Positions 1-9,579 of a stretch of DNA of 64,000 nt are shown one piece after another; within the stretch, counting starts at the first letter, position 1; the number at the start of each line of letters is the position of its first letter. Position numbers and translations under genes: made by a program. The DNA is taken from the NCBI GenBank assembly GCA_963704035.1, contig CAVPGR010000004.1, forward strand, positions 1,048,219 through 1,112,218. The letters are read 5' to 3'. The notes below the pieces were generated by a model that was not told the DNA's origin, made no database searches, and worked only from the letters and a program-made list of their open reading frames with translations. This DNA comes from an uncultured Actinomycetes bacterium (GTDB taxonomy: Bacteria; Actinomycetota; Acidimicrobiia; IMCC26256; JAOSJL01).

Positions 1-837
1 CTCACGGGTTGGCAGGGGGTCGAAGGCATCTTGAGTGACACGCAGCTCGTTCGAGATGCGGGATCCCCACCCGACAATCCGTGGTGGGGGGTCGCCACTC
101 TGCTTCAGGGTGCTACCTACTCGATGCTCGGCCAGTTCGATCTCGCTCGGGAACGCCTGATGGAGGCGCTCGAGACCACGGCCCAGGCCCCCGTGCAGGA
201 GGCGGTGGCCCGTGCCCACCTCGCCCTGCTCGCGCTCTACGACGACGACCTCACCGAGGCTGAGCGGCTCATCTCGCGGGCTCTCCGCCTCGTCGAGAGC
301 GAAAACCTGCAGCGGGTGCTGAACGCCCTTCCCGTGTTTCCGATCGGTGCGCTGGTGGCGGCACGGTGCGGTCGGCACGACGAAGCCCGCCTCTTGGGTG
401 CCACCGCCCGGGAGTTCGCCGCGCGAGCCGACTACCAGGCTCCACGCGTCGTCCTCTTCACCCATCTGCTGCTCGCCAAGACGGCACTGTGTCTCGGTGA
501 CCGCCCTCAGGCCCGGGTTTCGGTGAAGGACGCCGAACGGGCACAACGCCGGGAAGGCTCTGCCGGCTTCCTCAACGAGCAACTGGACGAGCTCCGTGCG
601 CAACTGGCCCACGGCGACGACGGACGCACGACCGAGATTCCACCGATCACGTCGGCCGAGATGCGCGTGCTGACCTATCTTCCGACACACCTCTCACTCC
701 GGGAGATCGCCGAGGCCCTGTTCATCAGCCGCAACACCGCCAAGAGCCACTCGGTGGCGATCTACCGCAAGTTCGGTGTCTCGTCACGGAGTGAAGCGGT
801 CAGCGAAGCGCGCCGCCTGGGGATCCTGTCCAACTGA
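1..837 (+). CDS. LuxR-family transcriptional regulator, C-terminal part (5' end outside window)
   Basis: Frame open from base 1; C-terminal LuxR/GerE HTH (SAEMRVLTYLPTHLSLREIAEALFISRNTAKSHSVAIYRKFGV) after a helical-repeat region. Confidence 0.8.
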   Translation, partial: LTGWQGVEGILSDTQLVRDAGSPPDNPWWGVATLLQGATYSMLGQFDLARERLMEALETTAQAPVQEAVARAHLALLALYDDDLTEAERLISRALRLVESENLQRVLNALPVFPIGALVAARCGRHDEARLLGATAREFAARADYQAPRVVLFTHLLLAKTALCLGDRPQARVSVKDAERAQRREGSAGFLNEQLDELRAQLAHGDDGRTTEIPPITSAEMRVLTYLPTHLSLREIAEALFISRNTAKSHSVAIYRKFGVSSRSEAVSEARRLGILSN

Positions 838-2144
838 TGGGGTCGCCGCGGCCCCCCACCGCACCGCCCGGGTTCCACGTGATGGCGAAGCCGTCCGGCC
901 CGATCTGCAACCTCGACTGCGAGTACTGCTTCTTTCTCTCCAAGGAGGCCCTCTATCCCGGCGACCGCTTCCGGATGTCCGAGGAACTGCTCGAGACCTA
1001 CATCACCCAGCTCCTCGAGGCGCACACCACGCCCGAGGTGACGATCGCGTGGCAGGGCGGCGAGCCGACGCTCATGGGAGTCGACTTCTTCCGCCGGGCG
1101 GTCGAGATCGCCGAGCGTCACCGTCGGCCCGGCCAGACCGTCTCGCACACGATCCAGACCAACGGGACGCTGCTCACCGACGAGTGGTGCGAACTGTTCG
1201 CGACACACGACTTCCTCGTGGGGATCAGCCTCGACGGCCCCGCCCCGCTGCACGACCGCTACCGCGTCGACAAGCGGGAACGACCCACCTTCGACCGGGT
1301 CATCCGCGGCATCGATCTCCTGAAGCGCCACGGCGTCGACTGGAACGTGCTTTGCACGGTGAACGCCGCCAACCAGGACGCCCCGCTCGACGTCTACCGC
1401 TTCTTCCGGGACGACCTCGGCGCCCGGCATGTCCAGTTCATCCCCATCGTCGAGCGCGACAACGACACGGGCTTTCAGGAGGGCGACACCGTCACCGACC
1501 GGTCCGTCGATCCCGAGGCGTGGGGTCGCTTCATGACGGCGGTGTTCGACGAATGGGTCGTACGTGACGTCGGAACCGTGTTCGTCTCGCACTTCGACGC
1601 GGCACTCGCGTCGTGGGCCGGAGCGCCGCAGTCACTGTGCATCTTCCGCGAGACCTGCGGAGACGCCCTCGCTCTGGAACACAACGGCGACCTCTACTCG
1701 TGCGACCACTTCGTCGAGCCCGATCATCTCGTCGGCAACATCACCGAGACCCACCTGGTCGAACTGGTCGCCTCGCCGAAGCAGCGGGCCTTCGGCGACG
1801 CCAAGCGCGACACGCTGCCCGCCTACTGCCGGCAGTGCGAGGTCCGGTTCGCCTGCAACGGCGAGTGCCCGAAGAACCGGTTCACCCTCACGCCCGACGG
1901 CGAGCCGGGGCTCAACTACCTCTGCGCCGGGTACAAGGCGTTCTTCACGCACATCGACGGTCTGATGACGCTGATGGCCGATCTGCTGCGTGCCGATCGG
2001 TACGCCGACGAGGTGATGGACGTGCTGGCGCAGGCCGGGCGCAACGACCCGTGCCCCTGCGGCAGTGGCCGCAAGACCAAGCACTGCCACGGGGGGAACG
2101 CGACCCGAAGGACGCCTCCCGGGGACCCGGTCAGCCTCGGCTAG
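837..2144 (+). CDS. radical SAM/SPASM anaerobic sulfatase-maturating-enzyme-like protein with C-terminal SEC-C motif
   Basis: CNLDCEYC (CX3CX2C) near the N-terminus; Cys-rich SPASM region (CDHF...CRQCEVRFACNGECPKNRF); C-terminal CPCGSGRKTKHC; TGATG overlap with the upstream stop. Confidence 0.85.
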   Translation: MGSPRPPTAPPGFHVMAKPSGPICNLDCEYCFFLSKEALYPGDRFRMSEELLETYITQLLEAHTTPEVTIAWQGGEPTLMGVDFFRRAVEIAERHRRPGQTVSHTIQTNGTLLTDEWCELFATHDFLVGISLDGPAPLHDRYRVDKRERPTFDRVIRGIDLLKRHGVDWNVLCTVNAANQDAPLDVYRFFRDDLGARHVQFIPIVERDNDTGFQEGDTVTDRSVDPEAWGRFMTAVFDEWVVRDVGTVFVSHFDAALASWAGAPQSLCIFRETCGDALALEHNGDLYSCDHFVEPDHLVGNITETHLVELVASPKQRAFGDAKRDTLPAYCRQCEVRFACNGECPKNRFTLTPDGEPGLNYLCAGYKAFFTHIDGLMTLMADLLRADRYADEVMDVLAQAGRNDPCPCGSGRKTKHCHGGNATRRTPPGDPVSLG

Positions 2145-2204
2145 ACGTCGGCGTGTGACAACGTGGGTGCCGTGGCCGCCCACGATCCCCGGTGACAGGA
2201 CTGC

Positions 2205-2729
2205 TCAGGAATCGACCGCCTTGCCGACGTCGTCGGTGGCCTCCGAAAGGGCCTTCTGGAGCTTCTCGTAGTCGTCGGAGTCGATCGCCTTGCTGATCTT
2301 CTTGTCGGCCTTCCGAAGCGCAGACTCGACTCGATCGAGGTACTTGTCGTCGACAATGGCGACGACCGCTGACGAACCGGGCGGGAAGTACTCCTCGAGC
2401 TCGACGCCGAGCTGCTTCTCCTCGTGCTTCTTGGTGAAGTGGCCCAGCACGCCCCCGAGCGCGGCGCCCACCGCAGTGGCCGCGAGCAGCGGCGGAGCGA
2501 AGAGACCCACGACGAGACCTACCCCGCCGCCGAGGACAGCACCGCCGGCGGTGATGCCGTCGCCCTTCTCGAGGACGTCGACGTTGCCGTCCCCGTCGCG
2601 ACTCATCACGACGGCACCGAGGATCACCAGGTCTTTGCCCTGCGCGTCCTTGAGTACCTCGAAATCCTGCTTGGCTGAGGTCGCGTCCGAATAGGCAGCG
2701 ACGTACAGCGCGAGATTGTCACCGGGCAT
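2205..2729 (-). CDS. DUF1269-like glycine-zipper membrane protein
   Basis: 174-aa ORF; N-terminal soluble domain, central Gly/Ala-rich TM pair (GGAVLGGGVGLVVGLF...AVGAALGGVLG), C-terminal PGSSAVVAIV segment typical of DUF1269. Confidence 0.65.
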   Translation of the reverse strand: MPGDNLALYVAAYSDATSAKQDFEVLKDAQGKDLVILGAVVMSRDGDGNVDVLEKGDGITAGGAVLGGGVGLVVGLFAPPLLAATAVGAALGGVLGHFTKKHEEKQLGVELEEYFPPGSSAVVAIVDDKYLDRVESALRKADKKISKAIDSDDYEKLQKALSEATDDVGKAVDS

Positions 2730-2802
2730 CGTGGGTCTCCGTTCCGTATCAGTGATCGGGGAGCCGGATATTAGCCACTTCCGGACCTCGCGGCCGCCGT
2801 AG

Positions 2803-4017
2803 CTAGCGGTACTTGCCGACCTCGAGGCGGGCGACCATGGCGCGGTGGACCTCGTCGGGACCGTCGGCGAGTCGTAGCGCGCGGGCCGTTCCCATCAGGC
2901 GGCTGAGCTCGGGGTCGGCCACGCCCTCTCCGCCGTGGATCTGGATCGCTGCGTCGACCACACGCTGCAGGACATTCGGGGCGACCACCTTGATGGCGGA
3001 GATACTCACGAGGGCGCCCATCGTGCCGCGCGTGTCGAGTTCCCAGGCGGCCCTCCACGTGAGTAGCCGCGCCTGATCGATCTCCATGCGGCAATCCGCG
3101 ATGACGTCGCGGTTTCCGCCGAGGTTGACGAGTGGTTTGCCGAAGGCGACCCGGTCCATGGCGCGCTCGCACAGCCGCTCGAGGGCACGCTCCGCCGCCC
3201 CGATGGCGCGCATGCAGTGGTGGATCCGACCGGGGCCGAGCCGACCCTGCGCGATCTCGAAGCCGCGGCCCGGCCCGGCGATGATGCTGTCGGCCGGTAG
3301 GCGGACGTTCTCGAACAGGATCTCGGCGTGGCCGTGAGGCGCTCCCAGGTGGCCGAACACCGGGATCATGCGCAGAATCTTCAGACCCGGGCTGTCGATC
3401 GGCACGAGCACCATCGAATGACGCCGGTGCCGGTCGGCGTCGGGGTCGGTGACGCCCATGAAGATCAGGAATCGGCACCGCGGGTCACCTGCTCCGCTCG
3501 TCCACCACTTCTGACCGTTGAGCACGACCTCGTCGCCGTCGAGCTCCGCCGTGGCCTTCATGTTGGTGGCGTCGCTGGATGCAACGGCAGGTTCGGTCAT
3601 CGAGAAGCCCGAACGGATCTCGCCGTCGAGCAGCGGCATGAGCCACTGTTCCTTCTGCAGATCGGAGCCGTACTTCACGAGCACCTCGGCATTGCCGGTG
3701 TCGGGAGCGGAACAGTTGAAGACCTCGGGCGCGAGGAAGCTGCGACCGGTGAGCTCGGCCACCGGGGCGTAGTCGCGGTTGTCGAGACCGGCGCCGAATT
3801 CCTCGTCGGGGAGGAAGAGGTTCCAGAGACCGAGCCCTTTGGCCTCGGCCTTGAGCTCCTCGACGATCGGCGGGATCCGCCACTCACGCCAGTCGTCGGT
3901 GTGGACCAACTGGTCCGCGTACGTCTGTTCGTTCGGCACCACCCGCTCGGCGATGAAGCGCTCGACCTGCTCCATCACGATCCGGGACCGTTCGGAATGC
4001 TCGAAGTCCATGGCCAA
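2803..4017 (-). CDS. acyl-CoA dehydrogenase
   Basis: 404-aa ORF with full-length ACAD-like sequence (GFSMTEPAVASSDATN, WWTSGAGDPRC, IQIHGGEGV). Confidence 0.9.
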   Translation of the reverse strand: MAMDFEHSERSRIVMEQVERFIAERVVPNEQTYADQLVHTDDWREWRIPPIVEELKAEAKGLGLWNLFLPDEEFGAGLDNRDYAPVAELTGRSFLAPEVFNCSAPDTGNAEVLVKYGSDLQKEQWLMPLLDGEIRSGFSMTEPAVASSDATNMKATAELDGDEVVLNGQKWWTSGAGDPRCRFLIFMGVTDPDADRHRRHSMVLVPIDSPGLKILRMIPVFGHLGAPHGHAEILFENVRLPADSIIAGPGRGFEIAQGRLGPGRIHHCMRAIGAAERALERLCERAMDRVAFGKPLVNLGGNRDVIADCRMEIDQARLLTWRAAWELDTRGTMGALVSISAIKVVAPNVLQRVVDAAIQIHGGEGVADPELSRLMGTARALRLADGPDEVHRAMVARLEVGKYR

Positions 4018-4109
4018 CCCTACGTCCGGACCTCACGACAACGGCCGGAGGAGAACGGTCGAGGGGAGCGGTCGCTCCTCTCGACCGTGACATCGAACCC
4101 GGTTAGCCC

Positions 4110-4153
4110 TTGACAGGGCGCCGCGAACACTCCATACTCCGAATCATGTTCGG
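4110..4153 (+). promoter_or_regulatory. sigma70-like promoter plus inverted-repeat operator upstream of the TetR gene
   Basis: TTGACA (4110-4115), 17-nt spacer, CATACT (4133-4138), immediately followed by CCGAA-TCATG-TTCGG (4139-4153) in the divergent ACAD/TetR intergenic region. Confidence 0.5.
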
Positions 4154-4201
4154 AAAGACGAATCTCGTCAGGTTTTCAGAGTCCTGTCAGGTGGCGTATC
4201 C

Positions 4202-4828
4202 GTGAATACTCGGACCGAGCCGACGGCGCTGCCGGACCGTAGAAGTGCCAGGAGGCAGGACACCAAGGACGAGATCGTGGCCGCCGCATGGACGCTCGTG
4301 CGCGAGAAGGGCCTCGCCGGTCTGGCCATGCGCGATCTCGGCAAACGAGTGGGCATGAAGGCGCAGTCGATCTATTCGTACTTCGAGGCGAAGAACGACA
4401 TCTACGACGCCATGTTCCGGGAGGCGTATCTGGACTTCGCTGCTTCCATGGTCGAGGGGGCTGCCGATGGCGACGGAGTCGGTGGCCTCGCCACCGCGCG
4501 CCGGAGTGCGCACGCGTTCTTCGAGTTCTGTACGTCGGATCCGGTTCGCTACCAACTCCTCTTCCAGCGGACGATTCCGGATTTCGTTCCCTCTGACGAC
4601 AGCTATTCCGTCGCTGTCAGCGCCCTGCAGGCCGTGCGGGACCAATTCGTCGCTCTCGGCATCACGGACCCCGAAGCCGCTGACTTGTGGACCGCCGTGC
4701 TGACGGGCCTCACCGATCAACAGATTTCCAATGACCCCGGCGGTGACCGGTGGGAAAGGATTGTCGATCGTGCTGTCGACATGGTCCTGCGCGAGATCGC
4801 ACCACACCTTCTGGACCCGGCAACGTGA
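4202..4828 (+). CDS. TetR-family transcriptional regulator
   Basis: N-terminal TetR HTH (RRQDTKDEIVAAAWTLVREKGLAGLAMRDLGKRVGMKAQSIYSYFEAKNDIYDAM); GTG start. Confidence 0.85.
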   Translation: MNTRTEPTALPDRRSARRQDTKDEIVAAAWTLVREKGLAGLAMRDLGKRVGMKAQSIYSYFEAKNDIYDAMFREAYLDFAASMVEGAADGDGVGGLATARRSAHAFFEFCTSDPVRYQLLFQRTIPDFVPSDDSYSVAVSALQAVRDQFVALGITDPEAADLWTAVLTGLTDQQISNDPGGDRWERIVDRAVDMVLREIAPHLLDPAT

Positions 4829-4838
4829 GGACCCGACC

Positions 4839-5615
4839 ATGACCACACACATGATCGACATAGCCGACAACCCGGCGCTGAGCCACGGCGACGCCATGGC
4901 ACTGCTGGAGGTCGAGCTTCAAAGGACACTCGATCTCCTCCGTACCCTGGACGACGAGGACTGGACGGCACAGACCGCGTGTCCTGACTGGGACGTGCAT
5001 CACATGTACCTGCACGTTCTGGGAGCCTGCGAAGCCGCCGCGTCGATGCGCGAGAACGTGCACCAGATGCGACTGGCTCGACGACACCGTTCCCGGCACG
5101 GCGGACCGTTGGAGGCCGGCCTGTCGAACGTCCAGGTCCGGGAAAGAGCCGACGTGTCCCCCACCGAGCTCGTCGAGCGGCTCGCCGCGGTGGCGCCCGT
5201 GACCGTCCGGAAGCGCACGACGATGCCCGCTCTCATGCGTGGCATGAAGATGAAGATCGACGGACCGGTGACCGAGAAGTGGACCCTCGGCTACCTCATC
5301 GACACCATCTACCTGCGCGATCTCTGGATGCACCGGGTCGACGCCACCGATGCCACGAGAAGCGAACTCGAACTCACCGCCGACCACGACGGGCTCATCG
5401 TGGGCGACGTCGTCGGCGAGTGGGCCAGGCGGCATGGGCGGCCGTTCTCCCTCACGCTCGACGGCCCCGCCGGCGGGAGGTTCGCCTCGACCCCCGGGAC
5501 CGGTGAGAGCAAGGAACCTCCGGAATCCCTCGAGCTCGACGCCGTCGAGTTCTGTCGAGCGCTCGCCGGTCGAGTGGAGGCCCCGGGTCTGCTCGCCACC
5601 ATCGTCCCGTTCTGA
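4839..5615 (+). CDS. DinB-like / mycothiol-dependent maleylpyruvate isomerase family protein
   Basis: ATG at 4839 just after the TetR stop; N-terminal DinB-type pattern (W..QTACPDWDVHHMYLHVLG), about 258 aa. Confidence 0.6.
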   Translation: MTTHMIDIADNPALSHGDAMALLEVELQRTLDLLRTLDDEDWTAQTACPDWDVHHMYLHVLGACEAAASMRENVHQMRLARRHRSRHGGPLEAGLSNVQVRERADVSPTELVERLAAVAPVTVRKRTTMPALMRGMKMKIDGPVTEKWTLGYLIDTIYLRDLWMHRVDATDATRSELELTADHDGLIVGDVVGEWARRHGRPFSLTLDGPAGGRFASTPGTGESKEPPESLELDAVEFCRALAGRVEAPGLLATIVPF

Positions 5616-5669
5616 TCGAAACCCGGCACCGTCAGATCGACACCCACCACCGACACGAGGAGCTCCACC

Positions 5670-6389
5670 ATGCAGACCACCGTCGACGAGATCGCTGATG
5701 ACATCTACCGCATCTCGACGTTCGTTCCCGACGCCGACCTGTCTTTCAACCAGATCCTGGTGGACGCGGACGAACCCTTCCTGTTCCACACGGGGATGCG
5801 GGCACTGTTCCCACTCGTGTCCGAGGCCGTGGCTCGCGTGATCCCTGTGGACCGCCTGCGCTGGATCGGCTTCGGCCACGTCGAAGCCGACGAGTGCGGC
5901 AGCCTGAACCAGTGGCTGGACGCGGCACCGGCAGCGGAGGTGGCATTCGGTCAACTCGGATGCATGGTGTCCGTGAACGACCTGGCAGACCGGACTCCTC
6001 GAGGGCTCGAGGACGGTGAGGTCCTCGACCTCGGGGGACGGCGAGTGCGCTACCTCGCAACCCCACACGTTCCCCACGGTTGGGAAGCCGGCATCTTCCA
6101 CGAGGAGACGACCGGCACGCTCCTGTGCGGGGACCTCTTCACACAGATGGGAGAGCACCCGGCCGTGAGCAACGGTTCGCCCATGGACGGCACCGTCGCC
6201 GCCGAGGACGCGTTCGGCTACTCGTGCCTCGGACCGGCCTGCGTCCCGACCGTCGAACACCTGGCCGAGCTCGATCCGAGCACGCTCGCCACGATGCACG
6301 GGCCCGCGCACGTCGGCGCGGGCGGAATGTGGCTTCGCGATCTCGCAGGCTCCTACGCCGACCGGATCGCCTCGAGTGTTGCCGCATAG
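5670..6389 (+). CDS. MBL-fold (di-iron ODP-like) protein
   Basis: 239-aa ORF; FNQILVDADEPFLFHTG and GHVEADECG (HxExD variant of the HxHxDH motif). Confidence 0.55.
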   Translation: MQTTVDEIADDIYRISTFVPDADLSFNQILVDADEPFLFHTGMRALFPLVSEAVARVIPVDRLRWIGFGHVEADECGSLNQWLDAAPAAEVAFGQLGCMVSVNDLADRTPRGLEDGEVLDLGGRRVRYLATPHVPHGWEAGIFHEETTGTLLCGDLFTQMGEHPAVSNGSPMDGTVAAEDAFGYSCLGPACVPTVEHLAELDPSTLATMHGPAHVGAGGMWLRDLAGSYADRIASSVAA

Positions 6390-6506
6390 GCCGACAGCAC
6401 CGACCAGAGCCTGTTCGTACAGGGCGTCTGTTTCACTCGTCAATCCGTGAGGAATCGAAAAGTGCTCGACGGGACCACCCTCGTCGGGCAAGAACCCCTC
6501 GGGTGA

Positions 6507-6552
6507 GTGGAGACGATGGGACTCGAACCCACGACCCCCTGCTTGCAAAGCA
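6507..6552 (-). repeat. 46-bp copy of the 3' half of tRNA-Ala (att-like direct repeat)
   Basis: 44/46 identical to 11217-11262, same orientation. Covers tRNA positions about 29-73 only; no D-arm or 5' acceptor strand follows. Confidence 0.8.
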
Positions 6553-6661
6553 TTCCCCACCGAGCGCTGTGCGGGATCCCACCACGCCCGACAAGCCGCG
6601 GAGCATGCTGAGCGAGGCCCGCGTAGTCGTTTGTGGGAGTCGCTGCTGAACGCCGCCCCGA

Positions 6662-6972
6662 TCACTCCGCCTCTGTGCGAGGGACGAGGATCGAGCAGAA
6701 GCCATCGCAGTCCGCGGGATCCTGCTTCGCTGCTCTTCTCGCGAGGCGTTCGAGGTGTCGGCGAGCCTGGGTGAGCTCGGCGGTACGGGCGTCGACATCG
6801 GACAGGCGATCCGTGATGAGGGCCGCGACGTGCTCACACGGAGCGTCGCCGGAGTCACTGATCTCGAGGACCTGGCGGATCTGCTCGAGGGTGAATCCAG
6901 CAGTCTGGGCGTGTCGGATGAAGGTGACTCGCTCGCAGATTGCGGGTTCGTAGTCGCGGTAGCCCGATGGAG
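6662..6972 (-). pseudogene. MerR-family regulator, C-terminal fragment lacking the HTH
   Basis: PARTPSGYRDYEPAICERVTFIRHAQTAGFTLEQIRQVLE plus Cys-containing C-terminus. None of the three minus frames upstream encodes the N-terminal HTH. Confidence 0.5.
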
Positions 6973-7284
6973 TACGGGCTGGCTCTGCAACCAGAGCTGC
7001 TCTACTTCGATGGTTGCCCACACTGGAAGATCGCCGACGATCGACTCCGGACACTCGCCGATGAAGGCAGCATTGACCTGCAGCGCCGCATCGTGAAGAC
7101 ATCCGAAGAGGCCGATGCAACCGGCTTCCGAGGCTCGCCCACGATCCTCGTCGATGGGAGCGACCCGTTCGCTCGAGACGACGACCCGACCGGACTCGCG
7201 TGCCGCATCTTCCGAACTCCCGCTGGACCCGCTGGCTCGCCGACACTGGAGCAGCTCCGGGCCGCCATTGAGGCGGGCGCCTGA
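6967..7284 (+). CDS. small thioredoxin-fold-like protein
   Basis: 105-aa ORF, LLYFDGCPHW near the N-terminus; divergent from and overlapping the MerR fragment. Confidence 0.45.
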   Translation: MEYGLALQPELLYFDGCPHWKIADDRLRTLADEGSIDLQRRIVKTSEEADATGFRGSPTILVDGSDPFARDDDPTGLACRIFRTPAGPAGSPTLEQLRAAIEAGA

Positions 7285-7544
7285 TTGTCGGGTCTCAAAG
7301 TGTTGTGGCTCGCCGTGCCCAGACACGTCGATGCCGTTGTGGGCCCAAGTGGACAGCTTTCAGACCCTTCAGATTGGGTGGATCTGTAGAAACCGCAGGT
7401 CAGAGCCGTCGACGGATCGACGCCTGTCGGATTGAGCAACTCCGATCAGATCAGCACCGATCGGCCGCGTGAGTGCACCCTGAGATCAGGGCCGCCGCGT
7501 CGGAGGCCACGACGTCGTTCGATTCCACAACGAAGCGAGGGTGA

Positions 7545-8615
7545 TCAGGGTCCGAGCGTGTGCTGTTCAAAGAAGGCCCAGGAGTCGGCTGTGGCGTCGA
7601 TCTCGAAGGTGATGTAGCCCTGGAAGTCGGTCAGCACCGCGGCGAGTGGTGAGCTCGGCCAGGCGTGGCCACCGTCCACCACCTCGTAGAAGGAGAGCGG
7701 CACGTCGTCGTCGCATCCGGTGTACGTGGTCACGAAGATGTCGGTCGACTGCTGCACCCGCTCGCCCTCGAGGTCACAGCCCATCGCCTCGGCGAACTTG
7801 GCGAACTGGTCGGGGATGGGCTCGGAGAACAGCACCTGAGCGAACTCCTGGTCTTCGAACCAGGTGCCGGTGAGGTCACCATCGAACGGGACCCTGTCGT
7901 CCTCGGTGCCGTGGATGGCCATGAACGGCACCGGCTGGGCCGGGTCGCACGTCTCGGAGTGCGCGAGGGCGGCGACCGAGGAGGCGGCCGCGATGCGGTC
8001 GGACAGGTCGCAGACGAGGCGGCTGGTGAACAGGCCGCCCCCTGACATGCCCGTTGCGTAGACCCGGGCCTCGTCGACGCAGTACTGCTCGATGAGCAGG
8101 TCGAGGAGCTCGTTCGCGAACGCGAGGTCGTCCTTGGCCGGGTCGTCGACGTCGGCGAGCTCCCACGAGTTCCGGCCGCTCTCGTCGGTGCTCGCGGGGA
8201 CGGCGGTCGGGTGGGCGACGATGAAGCCCTCTTCCTCGGCCAGGTCCTCGTAGCCGGTGAGGGCGGCCTGCTGCGGCCCGTTCGAGCCGAACCCGTGGAA
8301 GCTCAGGACGAGCGGCAGCTCGGAGCGGCCGTCGTAGTTCGTCGGCACATAGACCCGCACGTCGTGTTCGGCCCCGCCGGCGTCGAGGACGAGCTCGCTC
8401 ACACCCGTCGGGACCGAGGCGCAGTCGACCGATGCCTCGGCGTCGGCGACCGCCGGTGGGGCCGTCGTCGAGGGCGCGGTCACCGACGTCGGCGAGTTGG
8501 TCCCGCTCTCGGTCTCGCCACCGTCACCGCAGGCGGAGGCGGTAAGAACGGCGGCGAGTAGCACGCAGGCGATGCGACGACGTGCCCACTTGCGTTCGAT
8601 GGCGACGGTGGTCAT
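7545..8615 (-). CDS. secreted esterase / PHB-depolymerase-family lipoprotein
   Basis: Signal peptide with lipobox (LTASAC), HGFGSN and GMSGGG nucleophile elbow; ATG at 8615. Confidence 0.7.
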   Translation of the reverse strand: MTTVAIERKWARRRIACVLLAAVLTASACGDGGETESGTNSPTSVTAPSTTAPPAVADAEASVDCASVPTGVSELVLDAGGAEHDVRVYVPTNYDGRSELPLVLSFHGFGSNGPQQAALTGYEDLAEEEGFIVAHPTAVPASTDESGRNSWELADVDDPAKDDLAFANELLDLLIEQYCVDEARVYATGMSGGGLFTSRLVCDLSDRIAAASSVAALAHSETCDPAQPVPFMAIHGTEDDRVPFDGDLTGTWFEDQEFAQVLFSEPIPDQFAKFAEAMGCDLEGERVQQSTDIFVTTYTGCDDDVPLSFYEVVDGGHAWPSSPLAAVLTDFQGYITFEIDATADSWAFFEQHTLGP

Positions 8616-8929
8616 GACGGGTCTCCCTCGGGATGAGAGCCGGCCCCAGCGATCACTGCGGAGATCGCCGAGATCCATGCGCGACGGGTGTCAGCCGCGT
8701 AGCGGCCGTAGCTGCGGTCCTGGTGCCACGACTCGATGTGTTCATTGCGGTTCCTGTTCTCACATGAAGTCGAGAAGGGAGCCCGGGCTGGCCACTCATC
8801 TTGCGACCAAGACTGAACATGATCAATAATCTATACATGTACAGATTTCGTGCCAAACGGCTGCGGATCCCGTGAGGGAGGAATCTGCCGGCCGAGACGA
8901 GGTTCCGCCGGGCACGAGTATCCGCGAAC

Positions 8930-9579
8930 GTGGGAAGGCCGACCGACGCGTCCGTGTCGGTCGAGGCCGCGCGCGCGATCCTCGGCACCGAAGGGGTGGA
9001 GGGGCTCTCCATGCGGGTGCTGTCCGTGGAGTCCGGGGTGAGCCTGCCTACGATCTACAGCCTCATCGGAGGCCGCGACGACGTTCTGGCCGCGGTGCTC
9101 GATCAGCTCGGAACCATGTTCGACGCTGACGTCGCCGCCTCCTCTCAGGGTGGACTGGACCGCTGCCTCGAGATCACCGACCGGCTGCTCGACACGATGG
9201 CTGCCCACGCCACCTTGGCTCGATCGATCATCGTCGAGGGCTTGACCCCGATGCTCGCCGATGCCGACTCGTCGCTGTTCCGCCGCTACGCGCTGGCGCT
9301 GGTCAGCGCCCTCGCCGACGCCTCGGCGGCGGGAGACCTCGACGAGGACGCTGAGCCGGTGCTGATCGTGGACCAGATGGTTTCGCTCACAGCGGTCCGC
9401 ATCTTCCGGTGGGCCACCGCCGACCCTTCGGTCGATCCGCACGGCGAAGAGCTGCGCGCCGCGGTCACCCACGGCACCGGATTGCTGCTCGTCGGGTCCA
9501 CAACTCACCGCCGCCGGCGGAGCCCGTGCGTGCTCGCATCCGCCAAGCCCGAACCGTCCTACTCGGAGGTACCACGTGA
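8930..9579 (+). CDS. TetR-family transcriptional regulator (3' end uncertain)
   Basis: N-terminal TetR HTH (ARAILGTEGVEGLSMRVLSVESGVSLPTIYSLIGGRDDVL). The listed frame runs on into the next gene; a TGA at 9577-9579 is reached only after a frame change. Confidence 0.65.

Noticed and set aside
872-885. GTTCCACGTGATGG as a third parS site
   Set aside because: Only the left half-site matches, and it lies inside the anSME coding start. It might be a weak site but is unsupported.
6507-6585. A second functional tRNA gene
   Set aside because: Only the 3' half matches tRNA-Ala. The upstream sequence cannot form the anticodon stem, the D-arm or the 5' acceptor strand.
4710-6665. 651-aa minus-strand ORF spanning the DinB-like and MBL-like genes
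   Set aside because: It is antisense to two plus-strand genes with recognisable motifs. It is Arg/Gly/Pro-rich with no motif, a typical stop-poor shadow frame in high-GC DNA.
8834-8841. TACATGTA palindrome as the operator of the TetR gene at 8930
   Set aside because: It is only 8 bp with imperfect extension, too short to support a call.
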